NCBI GenBank assembly: GCA_037137395.1
Contig: JBAXKK010000080.1
Coordinates: forward strand, 1 to 10,784
Length of the DNA stretch: 10,784 nt
Direction of reading: 5' to 3'
Origin: Elusimicrobiota bacterium
GTDB lineage: Bacteria > Elusimicrobiota > Elusimicrobia > Elusimicrobiales > UBA9959
The notes below the pieces were generated by a model. That model searched no databases. It was not told the origin of the DNA and saw only the letters and a list, made by a program, of their open reading frames with translations. Of this stretch, positions 1 to 6,821 are shown piece by piece. The position numbers were made by a program, and so were the translations under genes. The first letter of the stretch is position 1. Each line of letters begins with the position of its first letter.

Positions 1-129
1 TGGCTTTGAGGTCGCCTCATTGATCGCATCCGCGTGTTTGAGGGTTTTTGCATACATCCCGGAGCACCCGGACAGAAAAAGAAATGCAGCCAATGCGATG
101 GAAAAGTCAAAAAATTGTCGTGTTTTCAT
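1..129 (-). CDS. Lipoprotein, 5' part only (runs off the left edge); probable paralog of 353..1255
   Basis: Not in the ORF track. Manual translation from ATG at 129: MKTRQFFDFSIALAAFLFLSGCSGMYAKTLKHADAINEATSKP, open to the window edge. It has a signal peptide with lipobox LSGC, and KHADAINE resembles KHDMDAINN in the neighbouring lipoprotein. Confidence 0.8.
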   Translation of the reverse strand, partial: MKTRQFFDFSIALAAFLFLSGCSGMYAKTLKHADAINEATSKP

Positions 130-352
130 AAACATCCGCTCTGATTTCAAGCCGGAGGTATAAGTAATACCCCCGGTTTCAATATTGTCGCTGGTTACTA
201 TAGGTGGCGCTATAGCGCCGGAGTGCTAAAAATAAAGCCCTGCGCCCCTTTCCGCGTGAAGATAGGGGGCAGCGCGTCTCCTGGTTCCAAGAAAGCGGCC
301 ATGGGGAATGTTAGCGATGGTTGCAGGGGCCGTAAAATCGGGAGCCATCTGG

Positions 353-1255
353 TTACTCTGATTTTGTTTTGATGCCTATTGCTGCCAGCCCCTTGCGGAT
401 CTCATTTTTTGCGTATTCCCCGCCACCGTCGTTGTCCCAGCCGCTGAATTCGTCCAGTATTTTCCCGTCTTTAATGAAGTAAAAAGTTGGAGATATCCTC
501 AAGAGGGTGAAGCCGGGAAAGTCGCTTGATTTTCGCGCCATATATACCGCATCGAAATTGGAGTGTTTTTTTACGGTCTCAATGCCCGCGGGATCGAACG
601 CCCTGGTCAGCATAAATCCTTTAGCGCGAAAAACAGGTCCGAGTTCCGAATCTGCAAATATCCCGTCCGCGGCCATTTCAGCGAACTCACATCCGGGACG
701 CATAACCATTACGATCGCCTGACCGCTCTTCGGAAGCAGCTGCAGGTTAACTTTTTTCCCTTGTTTTGAAACCTTATATACCCACCACCCTTCAGGCTTG
801 GCGGTATCCGCCGGAACGATTTCAGGGACTTCCGGCAAAGACTTGTCGGGGAGCTCCAGCCGTAGCGCAGCAGCTTTGCTGAATAGCCCTGACATAATGA
901 AAGCATTATACATGCGCTCGGTATCATCCCCCGTGGTTTTTCCCCTTCGGCCCTTTTCTTTGAATGCGCTCTCCATCCTTAACGTGTAATTCTCTTCGTC
1001 AGGCAAGTAAAGAGAGATTTTCATTAACGCGTGAAACAGTGAGTCTACAGCTTTATCCGAATATTTTTTCATGCGCGTCGGAGACAGATCTTCCGCTGTA
1101 ATTGAGGATGACAGGTTATTGATGGCATCCATATCATGCTTTCTCCCGGCAGCGGAAACTTCTTCGGATACCTTCGCAAGTCTAATTTCCGGACCGGTAC
1201 ACCCTGCCACCAATAGCGTAGCCGATAGAGCCATAATAATGTTTATGTTTTTCAT
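353..1255 (-). CDS. Lipoprotein with C-terminal thioredoxin-like fold (single-Cys CxxA site)
   Basis: 300 aa with lipobox VAGC at residue 19 and RBS-like GGAG upstream. VMVMRPGCEFA occupies the CxxC position, and SPTFYFIKDGKILDEFSGW matches the thioredoxin cis-Pro/beta-hairpin pattern (PT-hydrophobic-KDGK). Confidence 0.75.
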   Translation of the reverse strand: MKNINIIMALSATLLVAGCTGPEIRLAKVSEEVSAAGRKHDMDAINNLSSSITAEDLSPTRMKKYSDKAVDSLFHALMKISLYLPDEENYTLRMESAFKEKGRRGKTTGDDTERMYNAFIMSGLFSKAAALRLELPDKSLPEVPEIVPADTAKPEGWWVYKVSKQGKKVNLQLLPKSGQAIVMVMRPGCEFAEMAADGIFADSELGPVFRAKGFMLTRAFDPAGIETVKKHSNFDAVYMARKSSDFPGFTLLRISPTFYFIKDGKILDEFSGWDNDGGGEYAKNEIRKGLAAIGIKTKSE

Positions 1256-1268
1256 AATCCCGTCTCCA

Positions 1269-1295
1269 GTGGGGGCAGAACTGCTCTGCCCCCAC
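1269..1295. repeat. Perfect 11-bp intergenic hairpin
   Basis: GTGGGGGCAGA-actgc-TCTGCCCCCAC lies between two co-oriented genes. With no U-tract it is more likely an mRNA stability/processing element than a terminator. Confidence 0.7.
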
Positions 1296-1306
1296 CAGCA
1301 ATATCA

Positions 1307-2050
1307 TTACTTGCAAGTTGTCGTATTACACTTGTATCCATCCTCAAAGTCGCAGCCGCGGAGAACAACGTTACCTTTCGCCCCAGTAGAGGCGTTGCAG
1401 GCATAATCGGTAAGAATATGCCGTGATTCTGGCCCAGGTGCTGGCGGCATAATTATACTGAGTATCTCTTCGAATCTTTCAGGAGTAATTGCCTTTTCCA
1501 GTGCATCGGTTTTAATAGAAACCATGGCGCCATTTAAAAGCTTCATATTATCCAACAAATCCTCCTTGGTCTTTTCTGGAACACCCTGCAGGAGCTCCCC
1601 TATTTGTGCCATAGGGTGTTCAACAATGGGGATGTGTGAATCCATGTTTTCTTCCCGGAATTCAAAGGCCAGCAGAATTTCCTCTATTCTTGCGAGGGAT
1701 AGTCTATTCCGCTCTAGAACCGTATAATCCCGGGCGGCCACTCTCCCATTTGTTAATTTTATGCTGGACATAAACTCCACCCGGTCTTTGGCGGAAAGAT
1801 CTTTTAGCAGATCTTTTACGACAATAATGCGATCTTTGTACGGATTTGCAGTATCCTCCGCGGCGGATTGGCTCACAGCCTGAGGTGTGGGAACTTTTTG
1901 CGTTTCATTATTCTCATTCACCTTAGCTATTACATACGGGTTCATGCTTTTATTTTCAGAACCGTCAAATGATACGGCCACATTCTCCGCATTGGTGAAA
2001 CCAATCCCTAAACATATTATACCGATTACTGCCATCATTGTTTTCTTCAT
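1307..2050 (-). CDS. Secreted hypothetical protein (247 aa) with two internal ~50-aa repeats and a 4-Cys C-terminal tail
   Basis: Start moved from 2101 to ATG at 2050: GGAGG lies 5 nt upstream, the signal peptide reads MKKTMMAVIGIICLGIGFTNA, and the longer start falls inside the terminator. The repeats share xLL...KLxNG...LE...RxEEIL. The tail is YACNASTGAKGNVVLRGCDFEDGYKCNTTTCK. Confidence 0.85.
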   Translation of the reverse strand: MKKTMMAVIGIICLGIGFTNAENVAVSFDGSENKSMNPYVIAKVNENNETQKVPTPQAVSQSAAEDTANPYKDRIIVVKDLLKDLSAKDRVEFMSSIKLTNGRVAARDYTVLERNRLSLARIEEILLAFEFREENMDSHIPIVEHPMAQIGELLQGVPEKTKEDLLDNMKLLNGAMVSIKTDALEKAITPERFEEILSIIMPPAPGPESRHILTDYACNASTGAKGNVVLRGCDFEDGYKCNTTTCK

Positions 2051-2080
2051 TTTAGCCTCCCCTTTTTTCTGTTGTTTCTG

Positions 2081-2120
2081 CAAACAAAAAAGGGAAAGCA
2101 AATTTTAATTTGCTTTCCCT
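2081..2120 (-). terminator. Intrinsic terminator in the 5' leader (riboswitch expression platform)
   Basis: Perfect 14-bp inverted repeat, 2091-2104/2107-2120 (AGGGAAAGCAAATT/AATTTGCTTTCCCT), followed on the minus strand by TTTTTGTTTG, about 30 nt before the start codon. Confidence 0.85.
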
Positions 2121-2181
2121 GGATACACCGGATTACGGTCCGGTCGTGGATACTCCGGGGCCAACCCCCCGAATTACAAGG
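2117..2181 (-). ncRNA. Purine-riboswitch-family aptamer, variant core resembling the 2'-deoxyguanosine-sensing classes
   Basis: Minus-strand RNA: CCUUG-UAA-UUCGGGG-GGUUGG-CCCCGGA-GUAUCCAC-G-ACCGGA-CCGUAA-UCCGGU-GUAUC-CAGGG. This gives a three-stem junction P1/P2/P3, L2 ending in UGG and L3 CCGUAA (the kissing-loop pair), J1/2 UAA, and J2/3 GUAUCCAC versus canonical GUUUCUAC. It sits between a promoter and a terminator. Confidence 0.8.
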
Positions 2182-2200
2182 TATTTCTTACTACGGTAAT

Positions 2201-2229
2201 AGCATACTCGGTAAGACTATGCGCGACAA
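2201..2229 (-). promoter_or_regulatory. Putative sigma70 promoter for the riboswitch leader
   Basis: TTGTCG (2229-2224), a 17-nt spacer, then TATGCT (2206-2201). The predicted start near 2195 is just upstream of the aptamer. Confidence 0.6.
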
Positions 2230-2293
2230 GGGCACTAAGGGTCGTGCTTGTATAGGTCTAAGGGCCTATCCCCGTTCCCTAATAAAGTGCTAA

Positions 2294-2343
2294 TAAAGTG
2301 ACACACAACTTAATTGTTGCCAATTAAGTTGTGTGTCACTTTA
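2294..2343. repeat. Perfect 23-bp inverted repeat with 4-nt loop
   Basis: TAAAGTGACACACAACTTAATTG-ttgc-CAATTAAGTTGTGTGTCACTTTA. TAATAAAGTG is tandemly duplicated at 2280-2289/2291-2300, the second copy overlapping the left arm. Confidence 0.9.
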
Positions 2344-2355
2344 ATTAAGAATTTT

Positions 2356-2811
2356 TTATAGGTAAGCGGCGTTTTCCTTGTCGGATTCTATAAGCGAGGA
2401 ATCGATGTCTATAGTTGCGGTCTTAAGCCGCTTAAGCGCGAAGGCCGCCGGCACAAGTGCGGCCCGGGCTAATGCGGCTATTGTCCTGTGGGAAAAGCGT
2501 TTCAGAAAAACCCCGGCAGTGTTTGCGGCTGGAATGGAAACGATACTCAACGCGGAGACAACCGCGTCATTTTTAATCAGACGGTTGTCGTCCAGGCGTT
2601 CGCCGCGGGCGATAAGGGTGAGCGCGAGGCTCATTATATGGTCGGCGGTTGAATAATCGCGTCGGCGTTTCCATAATCCATCTATGGCATTAAGCTGTTT
2701 AATGAGGCCGCAGGAATGAGCTAAATCGGAGATAATCGGAAGGCCGGCGAACGATGTAAGAGAAGAATCCGATTTTTCCACTTTAAAACTGCCTGGTTTT
2801 TGTCGTATCAT
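2356..2811 (-). pseudogene. Truncated IS1380-family transposase (N-terminal third)
   Basis: Motifs LTSFAGL, GERLDDNRLIKND and TIDIDSS (first catalytic Asp) are typical of IS1380 (DDE_Tnp_1_4) N-termini. The ORF stops at 151 aa and lacks the rest of the DDE domain. Confidence 0.8.
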
Positions 2812-2818
2812 AATACTT

Positions 2819-2873
2819 GAGTGCCTCCTGTATCTATTAGACGTGGACTATAGGAGGCATTCTGTTTTTTTAT
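2819..2873 (+). terminator. Hairpin plus U-tract antisense to the transposase leader
   Basis: GAGTGCCTCCTGTA...TATAGGAGGCATTC forms 14 bp with two G-U pairs on the plus strand, followed by TGTTTTTTTAT. Confidence 0.6.
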
Positions 2874-3006
2874 GAGCGGTTTGTGGGCGGTTTTTGGGGG
2901 TAACCCGGTGCAGAAATACTGTAAAGCGCGGCTTCACCCATCGGGTGAAATCTTTTCCACTATGGGGGAACGCTCTTAGCGGAGGATTAGCGTATTGAAC
3001 TCCTAG

Positions 3007-3035
3007 TTGCAACACTCCCTTCTATACGGTAGAAT
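3007..3035 (+). promoter_or_regulatory. Putative sigma70 promoter of the plus-strand operon
   Basis: TTGCAA (3007-3012), a 17-nt spacer, then TAGAAT (3030-3035). Confidence 0.55.
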
Positions 3036-3081
3036 GCTTTAGGGGATAATGACTTCCATATCTCGTCTTGGAGGCGGAATG

Positions 3082-4452
3082 ATGCTTAAAATATTGCTAG
3101 CCTGTCTTGCTGTATTTTTTACGATTCGGCCATTCGTATCCGCAACAGATGTGCCAGTTGATTTTGATGGAAAATATTCAAAATCTTCCAACCGAGCCTT
3201 GCAACTATCAGGCATACAAAGACCAACGGCAAAAATAAATGTCAGCCTTCGTTTAGACGACGGAACCATAATACCCATCGAACCCGCAATCGATAAATCC
3301 GGAACCAAGCATTATTCGTTTGTGCCGGGGCGCAATCACGCCAGGATTAACTATACATGCAGCGGCCCTACAGGTCAAACATATACATGGTATCTTCAAG
3401 TAGCGCCCACTTTTAACTTTCCGCAGGATGCCGGGCATAGGCATTCATTGCCGAATATTCTCAACAGTGGCGATTGCAAAAAACACACACAACGCCCATG
3501 TACTCCGGTCCCGCCTGCTTCAGTTGCATATCTTATCAACGGCACTCCCTGGCAACCTGGAGGTTCTATATCGGGAATGATTACGTCCCCGCCACTAAAT
3601 CAAAACTCTGTTTTTACTGTTTACATGGATGATCCCAAGTATGCGACGCAATTAATTACACAAGTGGCATTTAATGGTGCATGCACGATGGCGGAAACCG
3701 CCTCTATGGATATATTAGTGCCAAGCCTGCAGGAATTACCGTTAGATCCCTCTTATGTGCTTGGCGGCAACAATCAATTGCATCCATTCAATCACTATGC
3801 CACCATCAATACCGTAGCGGCAATCTCGGCCTTAGGCAAGCAATGGCGGAAAACGCACGCAAGCGCGAACAAGCTAGTGTTTAATGACATGAGTCTGAAG
3901 TGGGGCGGGCTTTTTGATGTGTTTGGGAACTGGACTGGTTCACACTCAAATCATAGCTTCGGAACAGCGTTAGATTTAAGTAAGAGATGCGTTAAAAAAT
4001 CCAATCGTGCTGCTTTGATAAGACTAATGGACGACCTAGGGTTTACCGTTCAATCCGAAGGAAATACACTTGATGAGCAGAATCATTACCACATACAGTA
4101 TGCCAAGGAGATAACCCGTCTCAGGGGTATTCAGGGCTTTCCCATAACCGCTGATGGGAGAATGGTTGGGATTTCAGAATATGCGGACGAGAGTTACGAG
4201 TCCGATGGCGGAAGTATTGGCCCGGTAACACCTCCCCCACCGATAAAATCGGTTTCTAGTTGTGGCTTAGCCATTAAGGCCTATCCAAATCCTACGTTTA
4301 ACTGTGACACTGGCGTCGATATCAATGGGGTGCCTCTTGCTGGCACAGCTAATACCTACTGCCAATGTATCAACCTTTACGTAAAAAACATGGAGGGGGA
4401 AATTGCCGTTTTAAGGGAACCGGGCGATTCCGAGCCGGCCAATTGCTATTAG
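3082..4452 (+). CDS. Secreted protein with MepA-like (LAS superfamily, M74-like) zinc peptidoglycan endopeptidase domain
   Basis: Signal peptide MLKILLACLAVFFTIRPFVSA. GGAGG at 3070-3074 favours ATG 3082 (or 3079) over 3049. Motifs: NDMSLKWGG, HSNHSFGTALD (Hx6D) and HYH (HxH). The flanks are Cys- and Pro-rich. Confidence 0.75.
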   Translation: MLKILLACLAVFFTIRPFVSATDVPVDFDGKYSKSSNRALQLSGIQRPTAKINVSLRLDDGTIIPIEPAIDKSGTKHYSFVPGRNHARINYTCSGPTGQTYTWYLQVAPTFNFPQDAGHRHSLPNILNSGDCKKHTQRPCTPVPPASVAYLINGTPWQPGGSISGMITSPPLNQNSVFTVYMDDPKYATQLITQVAFNGACTMAETASMDILVPSLQELPLDPSYVLGGNNQLHPFNHYATINTVAAISALGKQWRKTHASANKLVFNDMSLKWGGLFDVFGNWTGSHSNHSFGTALDLSKRCVKKSNRAALIRLMDDLGFTVQSEGNTLDEQNHYHIQYAKEITRLRGIQGFPITADGRMVGISEYADESYESDGGSIGPVTPPPPIKSVSSCGLAIKAYPNPTFNCDTGVDINGVPLAGTANTYCQCINLYVKNMEGEIAVLREPGDSEPANCY

Positions 4453-4471
4453 CGAGATTCCGACAAATACT

Positions 4472-5863
4472 ATGCGAATAATTTCTGCAAAAATATCGAC
4501 CTCTGTGCTGACACTCCTTCTGGTGTCAACTGTTTGTTCTTCGGGACAAAATATCGCCACTAGTTCCGCTTCGGGCGTACACGAAGGAATGATTCCTCAT
4601 GCGTCCGTGGTTGTTTCATCTTCGATTAATCAGCCGCATTTTGAAGCACGAGGCGTTGGAGGTGGAGACGACAGGCCTGAACCGCCGGCATACGAACTTA
4701 AACATGAATACCAGGAAGCTTTGCGCTTAACCAGGGAACAAGAAATGGCGTTGCATGGTTATTTGCCTGATTTTAGAATGTGGGCTATAACGGATTATCC
4801 GGCTGGAATCAAGCACTATCACTTTACAAATAAGCAGCTGCCGTATATCATCAAGGGCGATTTTGATGGAAACGGAAAAGAGGATGTAGCTGTCGCCGGA
4901 CAAACAACGGACCGGAACATGATCTTGGTAATCATGTCCGATACAACAGGCTATTCTATTCTGCCGCTGTGGTCTTATGAAAAATCTGACTTGCAATACG
5001 TTGATATACTTCATTTGTTAAGAAAGGGGACAAAATTCTCTCTTGATGGTGAGGAAATGCCCGGTGAAGAAGAATTGATACAAAATGACGGCATCCTTTA
5101 CTCACAAGATTTTGCCGGTTCAAAGTCTCCTTATGGGTACGATCTTACGGACGCGCACACTATTTTTAGATATCACGAAGGACTTGCCGGCGTGGTCCCC
5201 GTGGAAGTCGGTTCTATAGCTTCGGCTGCCTTCAAGCCTGAATACATAGAGAAGCTGGCTTTAAGCCCTGCTATGTCAAAAGCTGTTCATGCGTACGATA
5301 AGGATTTTGAACCATGGACAGTGCAGGATTATCCGGCTGACATCACTTCGGCGTATCACTATTCCGAAAAATCTCTGCCATACGCTGTGAGAGGGGATTT
5401 TAACGGCGACAAAATCGAAGATATGGTAATTGCCGGATATAATAATGACGGCAACCGGCTTCTTGTAGTCCTATCAAGCGCCACGGACTATACTGTCATT
5501 GAAAGGCGCGACTCAGGGAGTAGACACTGCTACTCGCAAGCCCGAAAACTGGGCAAAAAAATCTCGCACATCCCATCTGATGTTGTAAGGCTATATGCAA
5601 AAGGTCTCCAAATTAATAACACGCCAGGCGTTCCGGGCAGAATGCTGGATACTGAGAGCTTCAGTATTCAAACCATAAAGGGTTGCACAACAGATGTTTA
5701 TGTTCCCGATAAAAATGCTGGGCACTTCAACACCATTTTTGGTGAGTGGCAAATAGTTAAGAGCTCTCAGCCTGGCTTTATTGGATATGACAGGGGCTTT
5801 GAGAAAAAAGATTATTTCAATTTAAGATTGATTAAGCCATATCCAGCGCGAGAGCTACGATAG
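4472..5863 (+). CDS. Secreted protein with two homologous domains, each with an FG-GAP/VCBS-like GDFxGxxxxD motif
   Basis: 463 aa with a signal peptide. Repeats: WAITDYPA...LPYIIKGDFDGNGKEDVAVAG and WTVQDYPA...LPYAVRGDFNGDKIEDMVIAG. Confidence 0.75.
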   Translation: MRIISAKISTSVLTLLLVSTVCSSGQNIATSSASGVHEGMIPHASVVVSSSINQPHFEARGVGGGDDRPEPPAYELKHEYQEALRLTREQEMALHGYLPDFRMWAITDYPAGIKHYHFTNKQLPYIIKGDFDGNGKEDVAVAGQTTDRNMILVIMSDTTGYSILPLWSYEKSDLQYVDILHLLRKGTKFSLDGEEMPGEEELIQNDGILYSQDFAGSKSPYGYDLTDAHTIFRYHEGLAGVVPVEVGSIASAAFKPEYIEKLALSPAMSKAVHAYDKDFEPWTVQDYPADITSAYHYSEKSLPYAVRGDFNGDKIEDMVIAGYNNDGNRLLVVLSSATDYTVIERRDSGSRHCYSQARKLGKKISHIPSDVVRLYAKGLQINNTPGVPGRMLDTESFSIQTIKGCTTDVYVPDKNAGHFNTIFGEWQIVKSSQPGFIGYDRGFEKKDYFNLRLIKPYPARELR

Positions 5864-5869
5864 GTTGCA

Positions 5870-6487
5870 GTGCGTTCTGTAGTATTTGGCGTTTCTATGT
5901 TTTTACACGGCCTGATTATAACGGTTCCATTAATCTTGTATCCGCATTATGCGAATGCGTCCGCGCTGGACATTGAGTCCATGAACAGCCGCGGTTTCGA
6001 TATAAATCCACATGGGTCGGAAAAAACAGTAACCGCCTCCCATGCCTACACCAACCACTACGAAACTAGTGCGACAGTATCCGCTCTTGAAGCACTGGCG
6101 GCTGAATGGAAAAGCGTCGCGCCGGGAGCAGGCCTGCTTAAAATAGGGGACATAAGTCTTCCTTGGGGCGGAACTATGGACCGGAAAGACGATTGGAAAG
6201 CGCAGGGGATGTCGCACGGGTTCGGAATAGAGGCCGACATCGGTAAACCTGGACAGAAACAAACGGAAAACGCCGAACTGATACGGTTAATGTGCGGAGG
6301 CGGGTTCATTGTTCGCAAAGAAATTAACGAGGGGGGAGAACCGCATTCCCATATCATTTATGAAAAAGAGCTGAAGCGTGTGAAAACGCTGAAATGGCCG
6401 GTCGTCGCCTTGGCCGGGGCAAAAGGTGAGATGAATTGCTGCACGGCTCAATCCATCTCTAGGGAATATCAAATCTGCGTAGAATAA
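5870..6487 (+). CDS. Second MepA-like LAS peptidase, paralog of the catalytic domain of 3082..4452
   Basis: N-terminal hydrophobic/signal segment. NHY, GDISLPWGG, SHGFGIEAD (Hx6D) and HSH align with the larger protein. Confidence 0.7.
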   Translation: MRSVVFGVSMFLHGLIITVPLILYPHYANASALDIESMNSRGFDINPHGSEKTVTASHAYTNHYETSATVSALEALAAEWKSVAPGAGLLKIGDISLPWGGTMDRKDDWKAQGMSHGFGIEADIGKPGQKQTENAELIRLMCGGGFIVRKEINEGGEPHSHIIYEKELKRVKTLKWPVVALAGAKGEMNCCTAQSISREYQICVE

Positions 6488-6496
6488 GAGGTAGCT

Positions 6497-6790
6497 ATGG
6501 ATAAGGAATACGTTATAAAGTCTTTAAACATGATCGGTGAAGCCGTCCTTACGCTTGAAAAAGCGAAGGATCGCATTGAGTTTGAAGCGTTACCGATGAT
6601 TGCTCTTGGCTGTAACAATGTGTATTGCCCCAAAGAGACTTGCGGAGCATCAGTTATTGTGGTCCCACCAGGTTGCCAGGGTAAAATTCCAGAGGTTCCA
6701 CCGCCGACCTGCGCATCGGGATATCATCCCCAGCCGACGCCACCAACACCGCCATCACCAGTCCCAGGTGGAGGGGACGGTGGTGATTGA
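6497..6790 (+). CDS. Candidate RiPP precursor peptide (Cys-rich core, Pro-rich tail)
   Basis: 97 aa with GAGG RBS and no signal peptide. A ~38-aa Cys-free leader is followed by Cys at 39, 44, 49, 60 and 72, and 16 Pro in total. It lies two genes upstream of a SPASM radical SAM gene. Confidence 0.6.
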   Translation: MDKEYVIKSLNMIGEAVLTLEKAKDRIEFEALPMIALGCNNVYCPKETCGASVIVVPPGCQGKIPEVPPPTCASGYHPQPTPPTPPSPVPGGGDGGD

Positions 6791-6821
6791 TATACTAAAT
6801 ATCGCACATATGGAGAAAATA

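Larger units (their letters stand above)
2356..2990 (-). mobile_element. IS1380-family remnant (left end plus partial transposase)
   Basis: Transposase fragment plus upstream hairpins at 2819-2862 and 2933-2949. The candidate left end CTAATCCTCCGC begins at 2990; this boundary is tentative and no matching right IR is visible. Confidence 0.5.

Noticed and set aside
226..348. 40-codon minus-strand ORF (MAPDFTAPATIANIPHGRF...) between the lipoprotein genes
   Set aside because: Short, with no convincing RBS or motif, and it overlaps a probable terminator-like hairpin.
1887..2293. Plus-strand ORFs 1887..2108 and 2072..2293
   Set aside because: They are antisense to a well-supported gene and riboswitch leader, with no recognisable motifs.
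2280..2347. CRISPR array
   Set aside because: It is a single inverted repeat and one 10-bp duplication, with no regularly spaced repeats or cas genes.
6596..6613. Lipobox-like IALGC within the 97-aa peptide
   Set aside because: There is no preceding hydrophobic signal helix (upstream residues are charged), so it is not a lipoprotein.
6600..6821. N-terminal extension of the TPR ORF given in the ORF track
   Set aside because: It overlaps the precursor gene in another frame and has implausible composition; a good RBS and signal peptide begin at 6822.
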